A stretch of DNA of 64,000 nucleotides from NCBI GenBank assembly GCA_900538705.1, contig UPZG01000006.1:22865-86864 (forward strand). Direction: 5' to 3'. The notes beneath the pieces are model-generated. The model was not told the DNA's origin. It saw only the letters and a program-made list of their open reading frames with translations, and did no database searches. How positions within the stretch are numbered: the first letter of the stretch is position 1; each line of letters opens with the position of its first letter. This DNA is from an uncultured Porphyromonadaceae bacterium. Lineage in GTDB: Bacteria; Bacteroidota; Bacteroidia; Bacteroidales; Barnesiellaceae_A. Positions 16,708 through 26,764 of the stretch are shown one piece after another. A program made the translations under genes and the position numbers.

Positions 16708-19700
16708 ATGTTACTTAAATATATAGTGAAACACTTTTTTAATAAAGTTGCTTCTTCCTATTTTGTTGCGACGATTGCGACAATAGCCATGGTGTGCGCC
16801 ATATTTCCTGGCGCAGAACGTGCTGTGGCATTGCCTGTGTCGCATTATGCTGCGCATTCGGTGTTGTCGTCGGGGTATTGGTATAAAATAGCCGTTACGG
16901 GGAGTGGTATATATGAGATAAGTTATAACCAGTTGCGAGAATGGGGATTTACAGACCCATCGCGGGTACGCATATATGGTTATGGTGGAGCCATGCTTCC
17001 AGAGACGGTAAGTCCCGACGATGTCGATGACCTTCCGCAAATTCCTGTTTTACATTATAATAACAGAATCTTGTTCTATGCACAAGGGACTGTCGATTGG
17101 TGGTACGACCCTACATTGCGAAAGATGTTGCACAGGCAGAATACATATGCAACAGCAGGATATTATTTTATTACCGAGAGCGATGTACAAGCCGCCGAAC
17201 CGGCAGCGGCACACCTTAACAGTTCTACATCAGGCGAGGAGGTCGATGTGTATGACGGCTATATGTTGCATGAACAGGAACTTGCCTCGCTCAGCAAAAG
17301 CGGGCGGATATTCTTGGGAGAAGACTTCCGCTACAGTCAGACACAACGTTTTTCGTTTTCTATCCCCGGTATAGTGAATAGTACGCTTCGCGTAGAGGTG
17401 GCTTTCGGAGCTAATGTAACTGGAGGAGGCGCAACATTGAGGCTGTATCACAATAACAAGCAAATTTCGTCGGGGTCGAGTTGGAATATGGGTGCCAATA
17501 GTGACACGTATGAGTTTATGAAGTATATCACTCCGTCGGTCGATGTGACATCGGACGATGGCAATGATGTCTTTACAATTACATATGTACCTTCGGGAAC
17601 AACAGTAGAGGCGCGTCTCGATTATATAAAATTGCAGTATAAACGTAGTTTGCAATTATACGACGGTGTTGTGCAGTTTCGTAACAACGATTTCCCTTCA
17701 GGAGGTACGTTTGTGATAGGAAATTTCAACGACCGTTGTATTATATGGGATATTACGACACAATATCAGCCACAAAAGGTTGCGGCAACAGTTAGTAATG
17801 GTAAAGCTCGCTTCTCACCCGTAGAGACGCAGCATGATTATATAGCCTTCGATCCGGCTGCAACATTCCCTTCGCCTACCGGAGTCGGTACGTTGGCAAA
17901 TCAGGATTTGCATGGCATGGCCACTCCCGATATGGTGATACTTGCCCCGCGTCAGTTTTTGTCTTATGCCGACAGAGTAGCGGCGTTGCATGAGAGTGTC
18001 GACAGTTTCCAGGTGGCTGTGATAGACCATGAGCTCGTTTTCAATGAGTTCTCATCGGGAACGCCCGATGCCGTTGCATACCGCCGGTTGATGAAGATGT
18101 TCTACGACCGGTCTCAGGCTGATACCACGGCACGACAGATAAAATATTTGTTGTTATTCGGTCGTGGTTTTTATGATAACAGACGTATTATTAGCGAGAT
18201 ACGTAATTGTGGCTATCCTACGTTGCTTACTTACCAAAATCCTCGCAGTGACAACGAAACCTATTCATACGTGTGCGACGATTTCTTTACATATCTCAGT
18301 GACACAGTGTCGACCAACAATGGGTTGAATAAGATGTGTATTGCTGTGGGGCGGTTCCCCGTAAAGAGTAACAGCGAAGCCGACGTAGTAGTGGAGAAGT
18401 TATATAAATATGTAACACAACCCAATTACGGCGCATGGCGTAACCAAGCCATATTGGTAGCCGATGATGGCAATTCGGGTACACACATGCGGCAGGCCGA
18501 AAGTGTGGAATCTTATTGGAAAGCCGATCGCTCAGATCTCGTAGTGAACAAAGTGTATACCGATGCATATCCCGAGGAGCAAACCTCTACAGGACGTACA
18601 TATCCCGATGCCAAGCGTCGCATGATGCAGCTGCTCGAAGAGGGACAACTCGTACTCGATTACATAGGACATGCCAACTCGGTAGGTTGGACTGGTGAAG
18701 ACTTGCTGAATATTACCGATATACGGACTATGTACCTGAAGAATCTGCCGTTTATGATAACGGCTACTTGTGATTTCAGTAGGTATGACTCGGAAGAGGA
18801 GTCGGGTGGAGAAATATTTTTCTTGAATGAGTTTGGCGGAGCTATTGCGCTGTTCTCGTCTACGCGCGTGGCGTGGATAAATGAAAACGGAAGGCTAAAT
18901 AATGCGTTGGCGCGCTATCTTTTTGAGAAAGATGAAAATGGTGAAGTATATCCTATAGGAGAGATTATAGCCAAAGCTAAAAATTATATTACCGATTTAT
19001 ATTTTAATAATCCGGACAGTTATCATTATCCCGATAGTAACAAGCTTGTATATGCGTTGCTGGGCGACCCAGCCATGCGTTTGGGCTATCCCTCCTATAA
19101 TGCTACTGTGACGCGAGTAAACGGAATACCTATAGGAAGCGCTGATATTACGCTCGAAGCCCGCTCAAAGGTATCGATAGAAGGAAAGATATTGACTCCA
19201 GAAGGGGAACCCGCCAACGACTACTACGGACTTGTAATGGTAAATGTGTATGATGCCGAAGAGTCTACGCTCTCAAATGGTTATGATGGAGGCGTGCAGG
19301 TAGAGTTTAAGGAGCGTTCCAATAAACTCTTTTCGGGTCGTGCCAATGTCGACGGGGGCGTTTTCAAGCTTTCGTTCACTATGCCTAAGGAGACAAGTTT
19401 CTCAAATGAGAGTGGACTGATAAGCCTTTATGCTTACGATGCCTATGGCCGTGAAGCCAGTGGCTCTACCGAGATGATAAAGATTGGAGGCTCCTCTTCT
19501 CACTTGCAGACCGATACGGTGGGCCCTGATATTACTTATCTTTATTTGAATACCAGTAATTTCCAAAATGGCGATGTGGTCAATGAGTCGCCCATGCTCA
19601 TTGCGGCTGTAACAGACTCATCGGGTATCAACGTGTCGACAGCAGGTTTGGGACATGCCATGACGGTGACGATAGATGGTCGTACGTCTTATTCCGATGT

Positions 19701-20175
19701 GAGCAGCTACTATACACCCGATACTACGGGTATGGCCGGTGTGGTATATTACCCGCTGAGTTCGTTAAAGGAAGGCGCGCATACATTAGCTTTCAGGGTA
19801 TGGGATAACGAAGGTAATTCGTCGACAGCAACGCTCGACTTTACTGTGCAGAGTGGTTTGGAACCCGAAATATATAAAGTATATGCCGACCAAAATCCGG
19901 CACGTACCTCAACCAATTTTTATATCGAACATGACCGTCCCGACGGTATTGTGACTGTGACGCTAACTGTATATAATCTGTTGGGAATTCCTGTTTGGCA
20001 GGCACAGAAAGAAGGCCGTTCAGATATGTTTAAGACTTTCCCCATTACGTGGGACCTTACCATGAGTGGTGGTGGTAGAGTGCCGGGTGGAATTTATCTT
20101 TATAGGGCAACTATATCTACTGATAATACGCATATCTCTACCCGTTCGCAAAAGTTGTGTGTAGCTCCTCGTTAA
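16708..20175 (+). CDS. C25 (gingipain-family) peptidase, PorU-type T9SS sortase paralog
   Basis: Maximal ORF is 16609..20175; the ATG at 16708 gives an N-terminal hydrophobic signal. Shares these motifs with the canonical PorU at 21593: HYAxxSVLSSGxWxKIAV, DDLPQIP, FNEFSSGTPDAVAYRRLMKMFYDR, GRFPV, catalytic-type GHA and ITATCD, and a C-terminal CTD-like beta-sandwich. Confidence 0.85.
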   Translation: MLLKYIVKHFFNKVASSYFVATIATIAMVCAIFPGAERAVALPVSHYAAHSVLSSGYWYKIAVTGSGIYEISYNQLREWGFTDPSRVRIYGYGGAMLPETVSPDDVDDLPQIPVLHYNNRILFYAQGTVDWWYDPTLRKMLHRQNTYATAGYYFITESDVQAAEPAAAHLNSSTSGEEVDVYDGYMLHEQELASLSKSGRIFLGEDFRYSQTQRFSFSIPGIVNSTLRVEVAFGANVTGGGATLRLYHNNKQISSGSSWNMGANSDTYEFMKYITPSVDVTSDDGNDVFTITYVPSGTTVEARLDYIKLQYKRSLQLYDGVVQFRNNDFPSGGTFVIGNFNDRCIIWDITTQYQPQKVAATVSNGKARFSPVETQHDYIAFDPAATFPSPTGVGTLANQDLHGMATPDMVILAPRQFLSYADRVAALHESVDSFQVAVIDHELVFNEFSSGTPDAVAYRRLMKMFYDRSQADTTARQIKYLLLFGRGFYDNRRIISEIRNCGYPTLLTYQNPRSDNETYSYVCDDFFTYLSDTVSTNNGLNKMCIAVGRFPVKSNSEADVVVEKLYKYVTQPNYGAWRNQAILVADDGNSGTHMRQAESVESYWKADRSDLVVNKVYTDAYPEEQTSTGRTYPDAKRRMMQLLEEGQLVLDYIGHANSVGWTGEDLLNITDIRTMYLKNLPFMITATCDFSRYDSEEESGGEIFFLNEFGGAIALFSSTRVAWINENGRLNNALARYLFEKDENGEVYPIGEIIAKAKNYITDLYFNNPDSYHYPDSNKLVYALLGDPAMRLGYPSYNATVTRVNGIPIGSADITLEARSKVSIEGKILTPEGEPANDYYGLVMVNVYDAEESTLSNGYDGGVQVEFKERSNKLFSGRANVDGGVFKLSFTMPKETSFSNESGLISLYAYDAYGREASGSTEMIKIGGSSSHLQTDTVGPDITYLYLNTSNFQNGDVVNESPMLIAAVTDSSGINVSTAGLGHAMTVTIDGRTSYSDVSSYYTPDTTGMAGVVYYPLSSLKEGAHTLAFRVWDNEGNSSTATLDFTVQSGLEPEIYKVYADQNPARTSTNFYIEHDRPDGIVTVTLTVYNLLGIPVWQAQKEGRSDMFKTFPITWDLTMSGGGRVPGGIYLYRATISTDNTHISTRSQKLCVAPR

Positions 20176-20207
20176 ATAGGAGAAATAAGGAAGTTCCTTG
20201 AAAATAT

Positions 20208-20248
20208 GCCGTGCATCTTTTTTGATTATTCTCAAAAAGATGCACGGC
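20208..20248 (+). terminator. long hairpin downstream of the porU paralog
   Basis: Arms GCCGTGCATCTTTTTTGA and TCAAAAAGATGCACGGC form a ~17-bp stem with one bulged T. Confidence 0.55.
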
Positions 20249-20269
20249 TAGCATTCGAAAAAATATTTG

Positions 20270-20277
20270 TATTTTTG
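20270..20277 (+). promoter_or_regulatory. -7 promoter box TAttTTTG for rex
   Basis: It lies 36 nt upstream of the ATG at 20313. Confidence 0.45.
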
Positions 20278-20312
20278 TACGCTGATATTTTTCTTGAGAG
20301 AGGAAATGTTAT

Positions 20313-20963
20313 ATGACTAACCTTGAAACTAATATGAATATAAAATTACCCGAGCCTACGCTGCGAAGATTGCCGTGGTACTTGGCGTATGTAAAATTGG
20401 TGCAAGGCAAGGGAGCTGAATATATATCGTCTACTCAAATATCAAAAGCTATCAATGTAGACTCCTCGCAAATAGCCAAAGACCTCTCTTTTATTAACAT
20501 TTCGGGTAAAACCCGGGTGGGGTATGAAGTGGCTTCGTTGGTAGATGTGTTGGAAGATTTCCTTGGCTTTACGGCAAAACACCGTGCTATAGTGTATGGT
20601 GTAGGACGTTTGGGGGCAGCGTTGATGCAAGATACCGGTTTGTTGCAATACGGGCTTGATGTTGTGGCCGGCTTCGATGTAAGAGAGTTGCCTGAAAATG
20701 CCAATGTCAATGGCATACCGGTTTTCCATATATCGCAATTTGCCGAACAACGTGCCGCTTTGGATGCCAAGATAGGCATTCTTACCGTACCTGTAGAATG
20801 TGCGCAGGAAGCTACTGATTATATGGTGGCTAACGGAATAAAGGCTATCTGGAATTTTACACCGTATCGCATACATGTGCCTGAGAATGTCGTGATACAA
20901 AATACTTCTATATATGCCCATCTGGCAGTAATGTTTAATCGTATGAACAATATAAACGAATAG
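20313..20963 (+). CDS. rex: redox-sensing transcriptional repressor Rex
   Basis: 216 aa. The N-terminal winged helix (TLRRLPWYLAYVKLV...ISSTQISKAINVDSSQIAKDLS) is followed by the Rossmann motif VYGVGRLGAAL. Confidence 0.9.
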   Translation: MTNLETNMNIKLPEPTLRRLPWYLAYVKLVQGKGAEYISSTQISKAINVDSSQIAKDLSFINISGKTRVGYEVASLVDVLEDFLGFTAKHRAIVYGVGRLGAALMQDTGLLQYGLDVVAGFDVRELPENANVNGIPVFHISQFAEQRAALDAKIGILTVPVECAQEATDYMVANGIKAIWNFTPYRIHVPENVVIQNTSIYAHLAVMFNRMNNINE

Positions 20964-20971
20964 CCGATAAA

Positions 20972-21589
20972 ATGAAAATTATTGCCGTAGGCTGGAATTA
21001 CAGGTTGCACAATAAGGAGATGGGTCGTGAGGATAAGCCTGCGGCTCTTACGGTATTTATGAAGCCTGAGACGGCTCTGCTTAAAGATGGCAAGCCCTTT
21101 TTTTTACCACATTTCTCAGAACGGATAGAACATGAAGCCGAAGTGGTCGTGAGAATATGCCGTGTAGGTAAAAATATTGCTCCACGATTTGCCTGTCGTT
21201 ATTACGATGCTATTACTTTGGGAGTAGATTTTACAGCCCGCGATTTACAGGCCCGGTTGCGAGAGCAAGGAGCTCCGTGGGAGATTGCCAAGGCATTTGA
21301 CGGGTCGGCTGCATTGGGTACATGGATAGATAAGACATCGTTACCATCGTTGGACGAGGGCATACCATTCTCGTTGCAGATAAACGGTACGACTGTGCAG
21401 TCGGGCAATACTCGCGACATGATATATGGTATAGATGATATTATAGCTTATGTGAGCCGCTTTTTTACGTTGAAGATGGGCGATATTATTTATACCGGAA
21501 CACCACAAGGCGTGGGAGCCGTACATATCGATGACCATGTGACAGGATATTTAGGCGATAACAAAGTTTTGGAATTTAATGTGAAATAA
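20972..21589 (+). CDS. fumarylacetoacetate hydrolase (FAH) family protein
   Basis: 205 aa. MKIIAVGWNY...FMKPETAL...HEAEVVV...GDIIYTGTPQGVG fits the FAH fold pattern. Confidence 0.88.
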   Translation: MKIIAVGWNYRLHNKEMGREDKPAALTVFMKPETALLKDGKPFFLPHFSERIEHEAEVVVRICRVGKNIAPRFACRYYDAITLGVDFTARDLQARLREQGAPWEIAKAFDGSAALGTWIDKTSLPSLDEGIPFSLQINGTTVQSGNTRDMIYGIDDIIAYVSRFFTLKMGDIIYTGTPQGVGAVHIDDHVTGYLGDNKVLEFNVK

Positions 21590-21592
21590 AAT

Positions 21593-24500
21593 ATGACTTT
21601 ATTGAAAACGATAATAAATTCGTATGTATCGACGAAACTGAAATCTCTCTCATTCTTTGCAACATTGGTTTTGACAGCTGTTTTTACGCCTCAAGTTGAA
21701 GCCCTTCCTGCGGCTCACTATGCCGACTGTTCTGTGCTAAGTAGTGGTAGATGGGTGAAAATAGCAGTTAGTGAGCGCGGTGTGTATCGTATCGATGCTG
21801 CCACATTGCAAGCGTGGGGCTTTGCCGATGCCTCTACGGTATGTGTGTATGGTAAAGATGGATATATGCTGCCCGAGACGTTTTCCTCGGATGATACTGA
21901 CGATTTGGAGCAGATACCATCGTATGTCGATGGAGATGACTTGTATTTTTATGCATCTGGTCAGGTGCAATGGGAGTATGATGCATTATATTCATGGTGT
22001 CATACCAACAACTATTACTCCGATGTGTCATATTATTTTCTTACGGCCGATGCCACTCCCGTGCGCATGGAAACTGTCGTAGCCGACAATATAACGGCCG
22101 ACATGCAACCCATAACCACTTTCGAGGAGTATATGGTACATGAGAAAGACAGTATATGTCTGGGACAAACAGGCCGAATGTATGTGGGCGAAAATCTGTT
22201 GCAGTCGACAACTCTTTCATTACAGGCTCCTGGTATTGTAGGTGACGAAATGAATATTTTTGTAGCATTGGCTGCCAATTCCAGTTCTTCTTATACTTTG
22301 CCGGTGATGGTTGGTAGCGAGTCTTTACAGCCTGCTATATCGGTGAGTGCTGCTGACTCTTATACATACGCCAAGGAGGGACGCCGTCTCTACACTATTC
22401 CTGCCACTGAGCAAGTCGATATGACGTTTGCTGCATCAGGGTCGGGAACGCTCAATTCTTATTATCTCGATTTTATACGATTGATATACGACCGCAATTT
22501 GTCGTTAGAAGGTGGACAGTTACAATTCCGCAATGATAATACGGCTGGATACTTTGCCATAGATATAAATGACAAACTTCCCGGTGATGTGAGCGTGTGG
22601 AATGTCTCGGATGTGGTAAAGCCTCATGTCGTAACAACTGCTTTGGTAGATGATAAACTAGCTTTTGTACCTGAAGGGGCACGTGTAGAGTACGTCGTCT
22701 TCGACAGAGCTGCTCAATTGCTAACACCGCAGTATGTGGGGGTTGTAGAAAACCAAAACCTGCATGGTATTGCATATATTCCCGATATGGTGATAGTGAC
22801 GACTCGCTACTTTATGAAAGAAGCTGAGCGCATAGCTGAATATCATCGTACGCAGGATAATATGAAGGTTATCGTATGTGACCAATTGACTGTGTTTAAT
22901 GAATTTTCGGGAGGAACACCCGATGCGACAGCCATACGTCGTATGATGAAGATGTTTTACGACCGAGCAACGGCCGGTTATGGAAGCGCTCCCCGTTATT
23001 TGCTCCTTTTTGGTAAGGGTTCGTACAACAACAGGGCTATTGCGGGGGCTATGCACAACGAAGATAACCGTTTACTTGTAACGTATCAGTCGGAGAGTAG
23101 CACCGACTCGCGCTATTCGTATGTGACCGACGATTATTTTGCGTTTTTGGCCGATGACTCGGGTGAAGACCTTACGTCTGATGTCATGCAGATAGGTGTA
23201 GGTCGCATGCCTGTGTCGAATAGTATAGAGGCCGGCAACGTATACGATAAGTTGATGCGTTATGTCAAGCAAGAGCCGTTGAGAAATCTATGGAAAAACA
23301 AATGTTGCTTTATAGGTTATAATGGCGATAGCAACTTGCATATACGTCAGATAGATAATGTGTCGGAGCAGACTATAGAAGCCGAGCAAAAACACATGAT
23401 TATTGATAAAGTATATCTGAGTGCTTATGCATCGACAGAACAGGAGTCGTTTATCGGTGCGCGCGACCGTATGTATCGGGATTTTGATGAGGGTGCAGTA
23501 TTGTATGATTATATGGGACATGCCGGGCCACAAGCTATAGAAGGACTGATGACAATAGCCGACTCAAGAGCCCTTACCAATAAAATTCTACCCATTTTTA
23601 TCACTGCTACTTGTGATGTGTGCCCCTTCGATAAGGATGAGTTATCGTTTGGCGAGGAACTTTTCAAAAATGCCAATGGCGGTTTTATCGCTTTATACAC
23701 AACGACACGTACGGTTTATACCAATGGAAATGAGGATATAAATCGTGAATTGTTGCGACAATTTTTTGTTCCCGGTATAGATGGAAAGATACGTGTGGGA
23801 GATGTGATGCGTCTTGCCAAGGAGAAGCTTACGACCAATAGCAACGGAGCGAAGGTAAGCGACCCTAATAAGTTGAAATATTGTTTGATAGGAGACCCCG
23901 CAATGGCTATACCGTTGCCATCGCATGATATAGTTGTAGAGAGCATCAACGGTGAGCCCGTGGGAGACAATTCCCAAGCTGTATTGCCGGCCAATAGCGT
24001 AGTAACTATATCGGGTGCCATATACAGGCCCGACGGGGAGGCTGCCACCGACTTCAACGGCGTGATATGTTATGAGGTGTATGATGCCGAGACGGTAGGT
24101 ACGTCGGTAGAGACCATCGGCTCGTCGTCGCTCGAAATGAATTTCAATACCCGCAGCTACAAGTTGGCGTTTGCGGCCGATACGGTCGTGAACGGCAGGT
24201 TTGAGGCGACATTCCGTCTGCCTGCGCAATGTTTGCAAAGCGATGGGACGGGGCTTATCTCGCTCTATGCCTATAGTAATGACCATAGTGTAGAGGCCAA
24301 GGGCTATAACGAGTCATTCGTTATATCTGATACCGACAGTACGGTAGTACCCGATGAGACAGCTCCCGAGATAAGTAATGTATGGATAGATTCGTCTGAC
24401 TTCTGCGAGGGCGATGCTGTTCCGTCGTCTACGGTATTCCATTGTGACATATCGGACGAGGAAAGCGGTATCACTGTCAATGAAATTTCTGTAGGGAAAG

Positions 24501-24991
24501 GAGCTGCTTTGTGGCTCGATGGTAGTGTGCTTTGCAGTGACTTGTCGGGGCAGTATTCGCCGGCTTTAGGTTTTGGTAGCGGCAGTATAGATTATACGTT
24601 GAGTAATCTGAGTGTTGGCAGTCATACGCTTACAATACGAGTATTCGATAATGCCGGCAATTCGGCCGAACGTAGTGTATCGTTTATTGTAGAGGCTCCT
24701 GTATCGCCCGACTATGAACTGAGTCTCGATACAGATGTCGTTACAGAACAGGCTCTCATGAGTGTAAGTGGTGCTGTAGAAGATGGCATGGTGGTACGCT
24801 ATGTTGTGGTTGATGCCCATACCGGCGAAGAGGTATGGACAGAGGAGACTACCTCTTTGCAAACGATATGGAATATCACTGCGAATGGCAAAAATATACT
24901 TCCAGGCGATTATCTTTGCCGAGCATATATTACGTTGAGAGACAATTATATAGTTACACCTGACAAAAAAATAGTAGTGTTGGGGCAATAA
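21593..24991 (+). CDS. porU: type IX secretion system sortase PorU (C25 peptidase)
   Basis: 1132 aa. Same motif set as the paralog (FNEFSGGTPDATAIRRMMKMFYDR, GRMPV, YMGHAG, ITATCD). It lies directly upstream of porV, the canonical porU-porV arrangement. Confidence 0.88.
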   Translation: MTLLKTIINSYVSTKLKSLSFFATLVLTAVFTPQVEALPAAHYADCSVLSSGRWVKIAVSERGVYRIDAATLQAWGFADASTVCVYGKDGYMLPETFSSDDTDDLEQIPSYVDGDDLYFYASGQVQWEYDALYSWCHTNNYYSDVSYYFLTADATPVRMETVVADNITADMQPITTFEEYMVHEKDSICLGQTGRMYVGENLLQSTTLSLQAPGIVGDEMNIFVALAANSSSSYTLPVMVGSESLQPAISVSAADSYTYAKEGRRLYTIPATEQVDMTFAASGSGTLNSYYLDFIRLIYDRNLSLEGGQLQFRNDNTAGYFAIDINDKLPGDVSVWNVSDVVKPHVVTTALVDDKLAFVPEGARVEYVVFDRAAQLLTPQYVGVVENQNLHGIAYIPDMVIVTTRYFMKEAERIAEYHRTQDNMKVIVCDQLTVFNEFSGGTPDATAIRRMMKMFYDRATAGYGSAPRYLLLFGKGSYNNRAIAGAMHNEDNRLLVTYQSESSTDSRYSYVTDDYFAFLADDSGEDLTSDVMQIGVGRMPVSNSIEAGNVYDKLMRYVKQEPLRNLWKNKCCFIGYNGDSNLHIRQIDNVSEQTIEAEQKHMIIDKVYLSAYASTEQESFIGARDRMYRDFDEGAVLYDYMGHAGPQAIEGLMTIADSRALTNKILPIFITATCDVCPFDKDELSFGEELFKNANGGFIALYTTTRTVYTNGNEDINRELLRQFFVPGIDGKIRVGDVMRLAKEKLTTNSNGAKVSDPNKLKYCLIGDPAMAIPLPSHDIVVESINGEPVGDNSQAVLPANSVVTISGAIYRPDGEAATDFNGVICYEVYDAETVGTSVETIGSSSLEMNFNTRSYKLAFAADTVVNGRFEATFRLPAQCLQSDGTGLISLYAYSNDHSVEAKGYNESFVISDTDSTVVPDETAPEISNVWIDSSDFCEGDAVPSSTVFHCDISDEESGITVNEISVGKGAALWLDGSVLCSDLSGQYSPALGFGSGSIDYTLSNLSVGSHTLTIRVFDNAGNSAERSVSFIVEAPVSPDYELSLDTDVVTEQALMSVSGAVEDGMVVRYVVVDAHTGEEVWTEETTSLQTIWNITANGKNILPGDYLCRAYITLRDNYIVTPDKKIVVLGQ

Positions 24992-25042
24992 ACAGAGCTC
25001 TTTTCTGTTTATTAAAATGACTTATATAATCTCTTTTACTAC

Positions 25043-26272
25043 ATGAAGAAAATAATCTTATTCATACTTGTGGCGGCTGCAACTGTGATGCCGCAAGTGG
25101 CCAAGGGACAGGGTGAGGTAGTACGGCAATTCAATCCTGTCAATACGGGAGCTACGTCGCTTACCATTGCGCCCGATGCACGCGGTGCAGGTATGGGTGA
25201 TATAGGTGCAGCTACCGACCCCGATGTAAACTCGCAGTTCTGGAACGCATCGAAGTATGCTTTTGCATATAGCGATGGCGGTATAGGAATATCTTACACG
25301 CCTTGGTTGAGCAAACTCGTCAACGATATATACCTTGCCAATCTCAGTGGATACTGGAAGTTTGGCGAAGGAAGTCCGCAAGCCGTAAGTGCATCGTTAC
25401 GCTATTTCTCGCTGGGTAGTATTGTGCTTACCAACCAGAGCGGCGATGAGGTAAACTCTATCAATCCGTTTGAAATGGCAGTCGATTTGGGTTACTCGCG
25501 TAAGTTGTCGGAGAGTTTTTCTATGGGTGTTGTGTTACGCTATATCTACTCAGACCTCGGGTTCCAGTATGATGAAAGTGGTAGCGCTACCGGGAGGGTG
25601 AGCGGAGCATCGGCATTTGGTGCCGATATATCGTGGTATTATACCTCATATCCTGTGATAGCCCGCAACGAGTGCCAGTGGTCGTGGGGTATGAATATAT
25701 CGAACATAGGTTCAAAGATAGCCTATGACAATGGTAATGAGTCAACGTTCCTGCCTACCAACCTTAAGCTGGGAACGAGCTTCCTGTTCCCTATTGCCGA
25801 TGCAAAGAATACGTTGTCTATCAATCTCGATGTCAACAAGCTGCTTGTACCTACGGCTCCGCAGGAATATCAATTCCAGACGACAGACGAGAATGGTAAT
25901 ACCGTTACCGATGAGGCCGCTTTTACAGCTGCACAAGAGAATTATAACAATATGTCGCCTTTTGAGGGTATTGTAAAATCGTTTTACGATGCTCCCGGTG
26001 GGTTTAGTGAAGAGCTGAGGGAGATAAATTTCTCGGTAGGTCTCGAATATGCTTATAACCGTCAGTTCTATTTGCGCGCTGGTTATTATTATGAAGATAA
26101 ATACAAGGGTAACCGCCAGTTCTTCTCTTTTGGTGCCAGCTTTGCATACAGCGTATTGCAGATAGATGCTGCATACCTTTTGGCTACGGCTGCATCGAGC
26201 CCCTTGGACCAGACGTTGCGTTTTACGCTTTCGTTTGACCTCGAAGGTATTAAAAACCTCATACGTCGCTAG
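25043..26272 (+). CDS. porV: type IX secretion outer-membrane shuttle protein PorV (LptO)
   Basis: 409 aa. A signal peptide is followed by NPVNTGATSLTIAPDARGAGMGDIGAATDPDVNSQFWNASKYAF, the PorV/FadL-like N-terminal signature. The rest has a beta-barrel-like alternating pattern. Confidence 0.9.
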   Translation: MKKIILFILVAAATVMPQVAKGQGEVVRQFNPVNTGATSLTIAPDARGAGMGDIGAATDPDVNSQFWNASKYAFAYSDGGIGISYTPWLSKLVNDIYLANLSGYWKFGEGSPQAVSASLRYFSLGSIVLTNQSGDEVNSINPFEMAVDLGYSRKLSESFSMGVVLRYIYSDLGFQYDESGSATGRVSGASAFGADISWYYTSYPVIARNECQWSWGMNISNIGSKIAYDNGNESTFLPTNLKLGTSFLFPIADAKNTLSINLDVNKLLVPTAPQEYQFQTTDENGNTVTDEAAFTAAQENYNNMSPFEGIVKSFYDAPGGFSEELREINFSVGLEYAYNRQFYLRAGYYYEDKYKGNRQFFSFGASFAYSVLQIDAAYLLATAASSPLDQTLRFTLSFDLEGIKNLIRR

Positions 26273-26277
26273 TAGTT

Positions 26278-26757
26278 ATGAAAATAAGAGTGGGCATGGG
26301 ATATGATGTGCATCGCTTTGCCGCGGGGCGCGTGTTATGGTTGGGCGGCATACGCATCGACCATCCGATGGGCTTGCTGGGGCACTCAGATGCCGATGTT
26401 GTGATACATGCATTGTGCGATGCTATGTTGGGAGCTGCCAATATGCGCGATATAGGTTATCACTTTCCCGATACATCGGGCGAGTTTGCCGGTATAGACA
26501 GTAAGATACTGTTGCAACGCACCGTGTTGTTGCTCTCATCAAAGGGCTATCGTGTGGGTAATGCCGATATTACCGTGTGTGCCGAGCGACCCAAACTCAA
26601 CAAATATATACCAGCCATGCAGGCTGTACTTGCCGATTGTATGGGCGTCGATGTAGAAGATGTATCTATCAAAGCTACTACAACCGAGAAGTTAGGCTTT
26701 GTAGGTCGTGAAGAGGGTATAGCTGCTTATGCAGTGGTGCTCATAGAAAAATGCTGA
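26278..26757 (+). CDS. ispF: 2-C-methyl-D-erythritol 2,4-cyclodiphosphate synthase
   Basis: 159 aa. GMGYDVHRF...LLGHSDADVVIHALCDAMLGA is the IspF signature. Confidence 0.95.
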   Translation: MKIRVGMGYDVHRFAAGRVLWLGGIRIDHPMGLLGHSDADVVIHALCDAMLGAANMRDIGYHFPDTSGEFAGIDSKILLQRTVLLLSSKGYRVGNADITVCAERPKLNKYIPAMQAVLADCMGVDVEDVSIKATTTEKLGFVGREEGIAAYAVVLIEKC

Positions 26758-26764
26758 TGGTGCT

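Noticed and set aside
23693-24286. A 197-aa antisense ORF inside porU, and similar antisense or shadow ORFs at 36415-36945, 35969-36472, 59772-60260, 28600-29085 and 9809-10335.
   Set aside because: All lie fully inside well-supported genes on the opposite strand, have Arg/His/Cys/Ile-rich unnatural composition and no family signature. They are treated as shadow ORFs.
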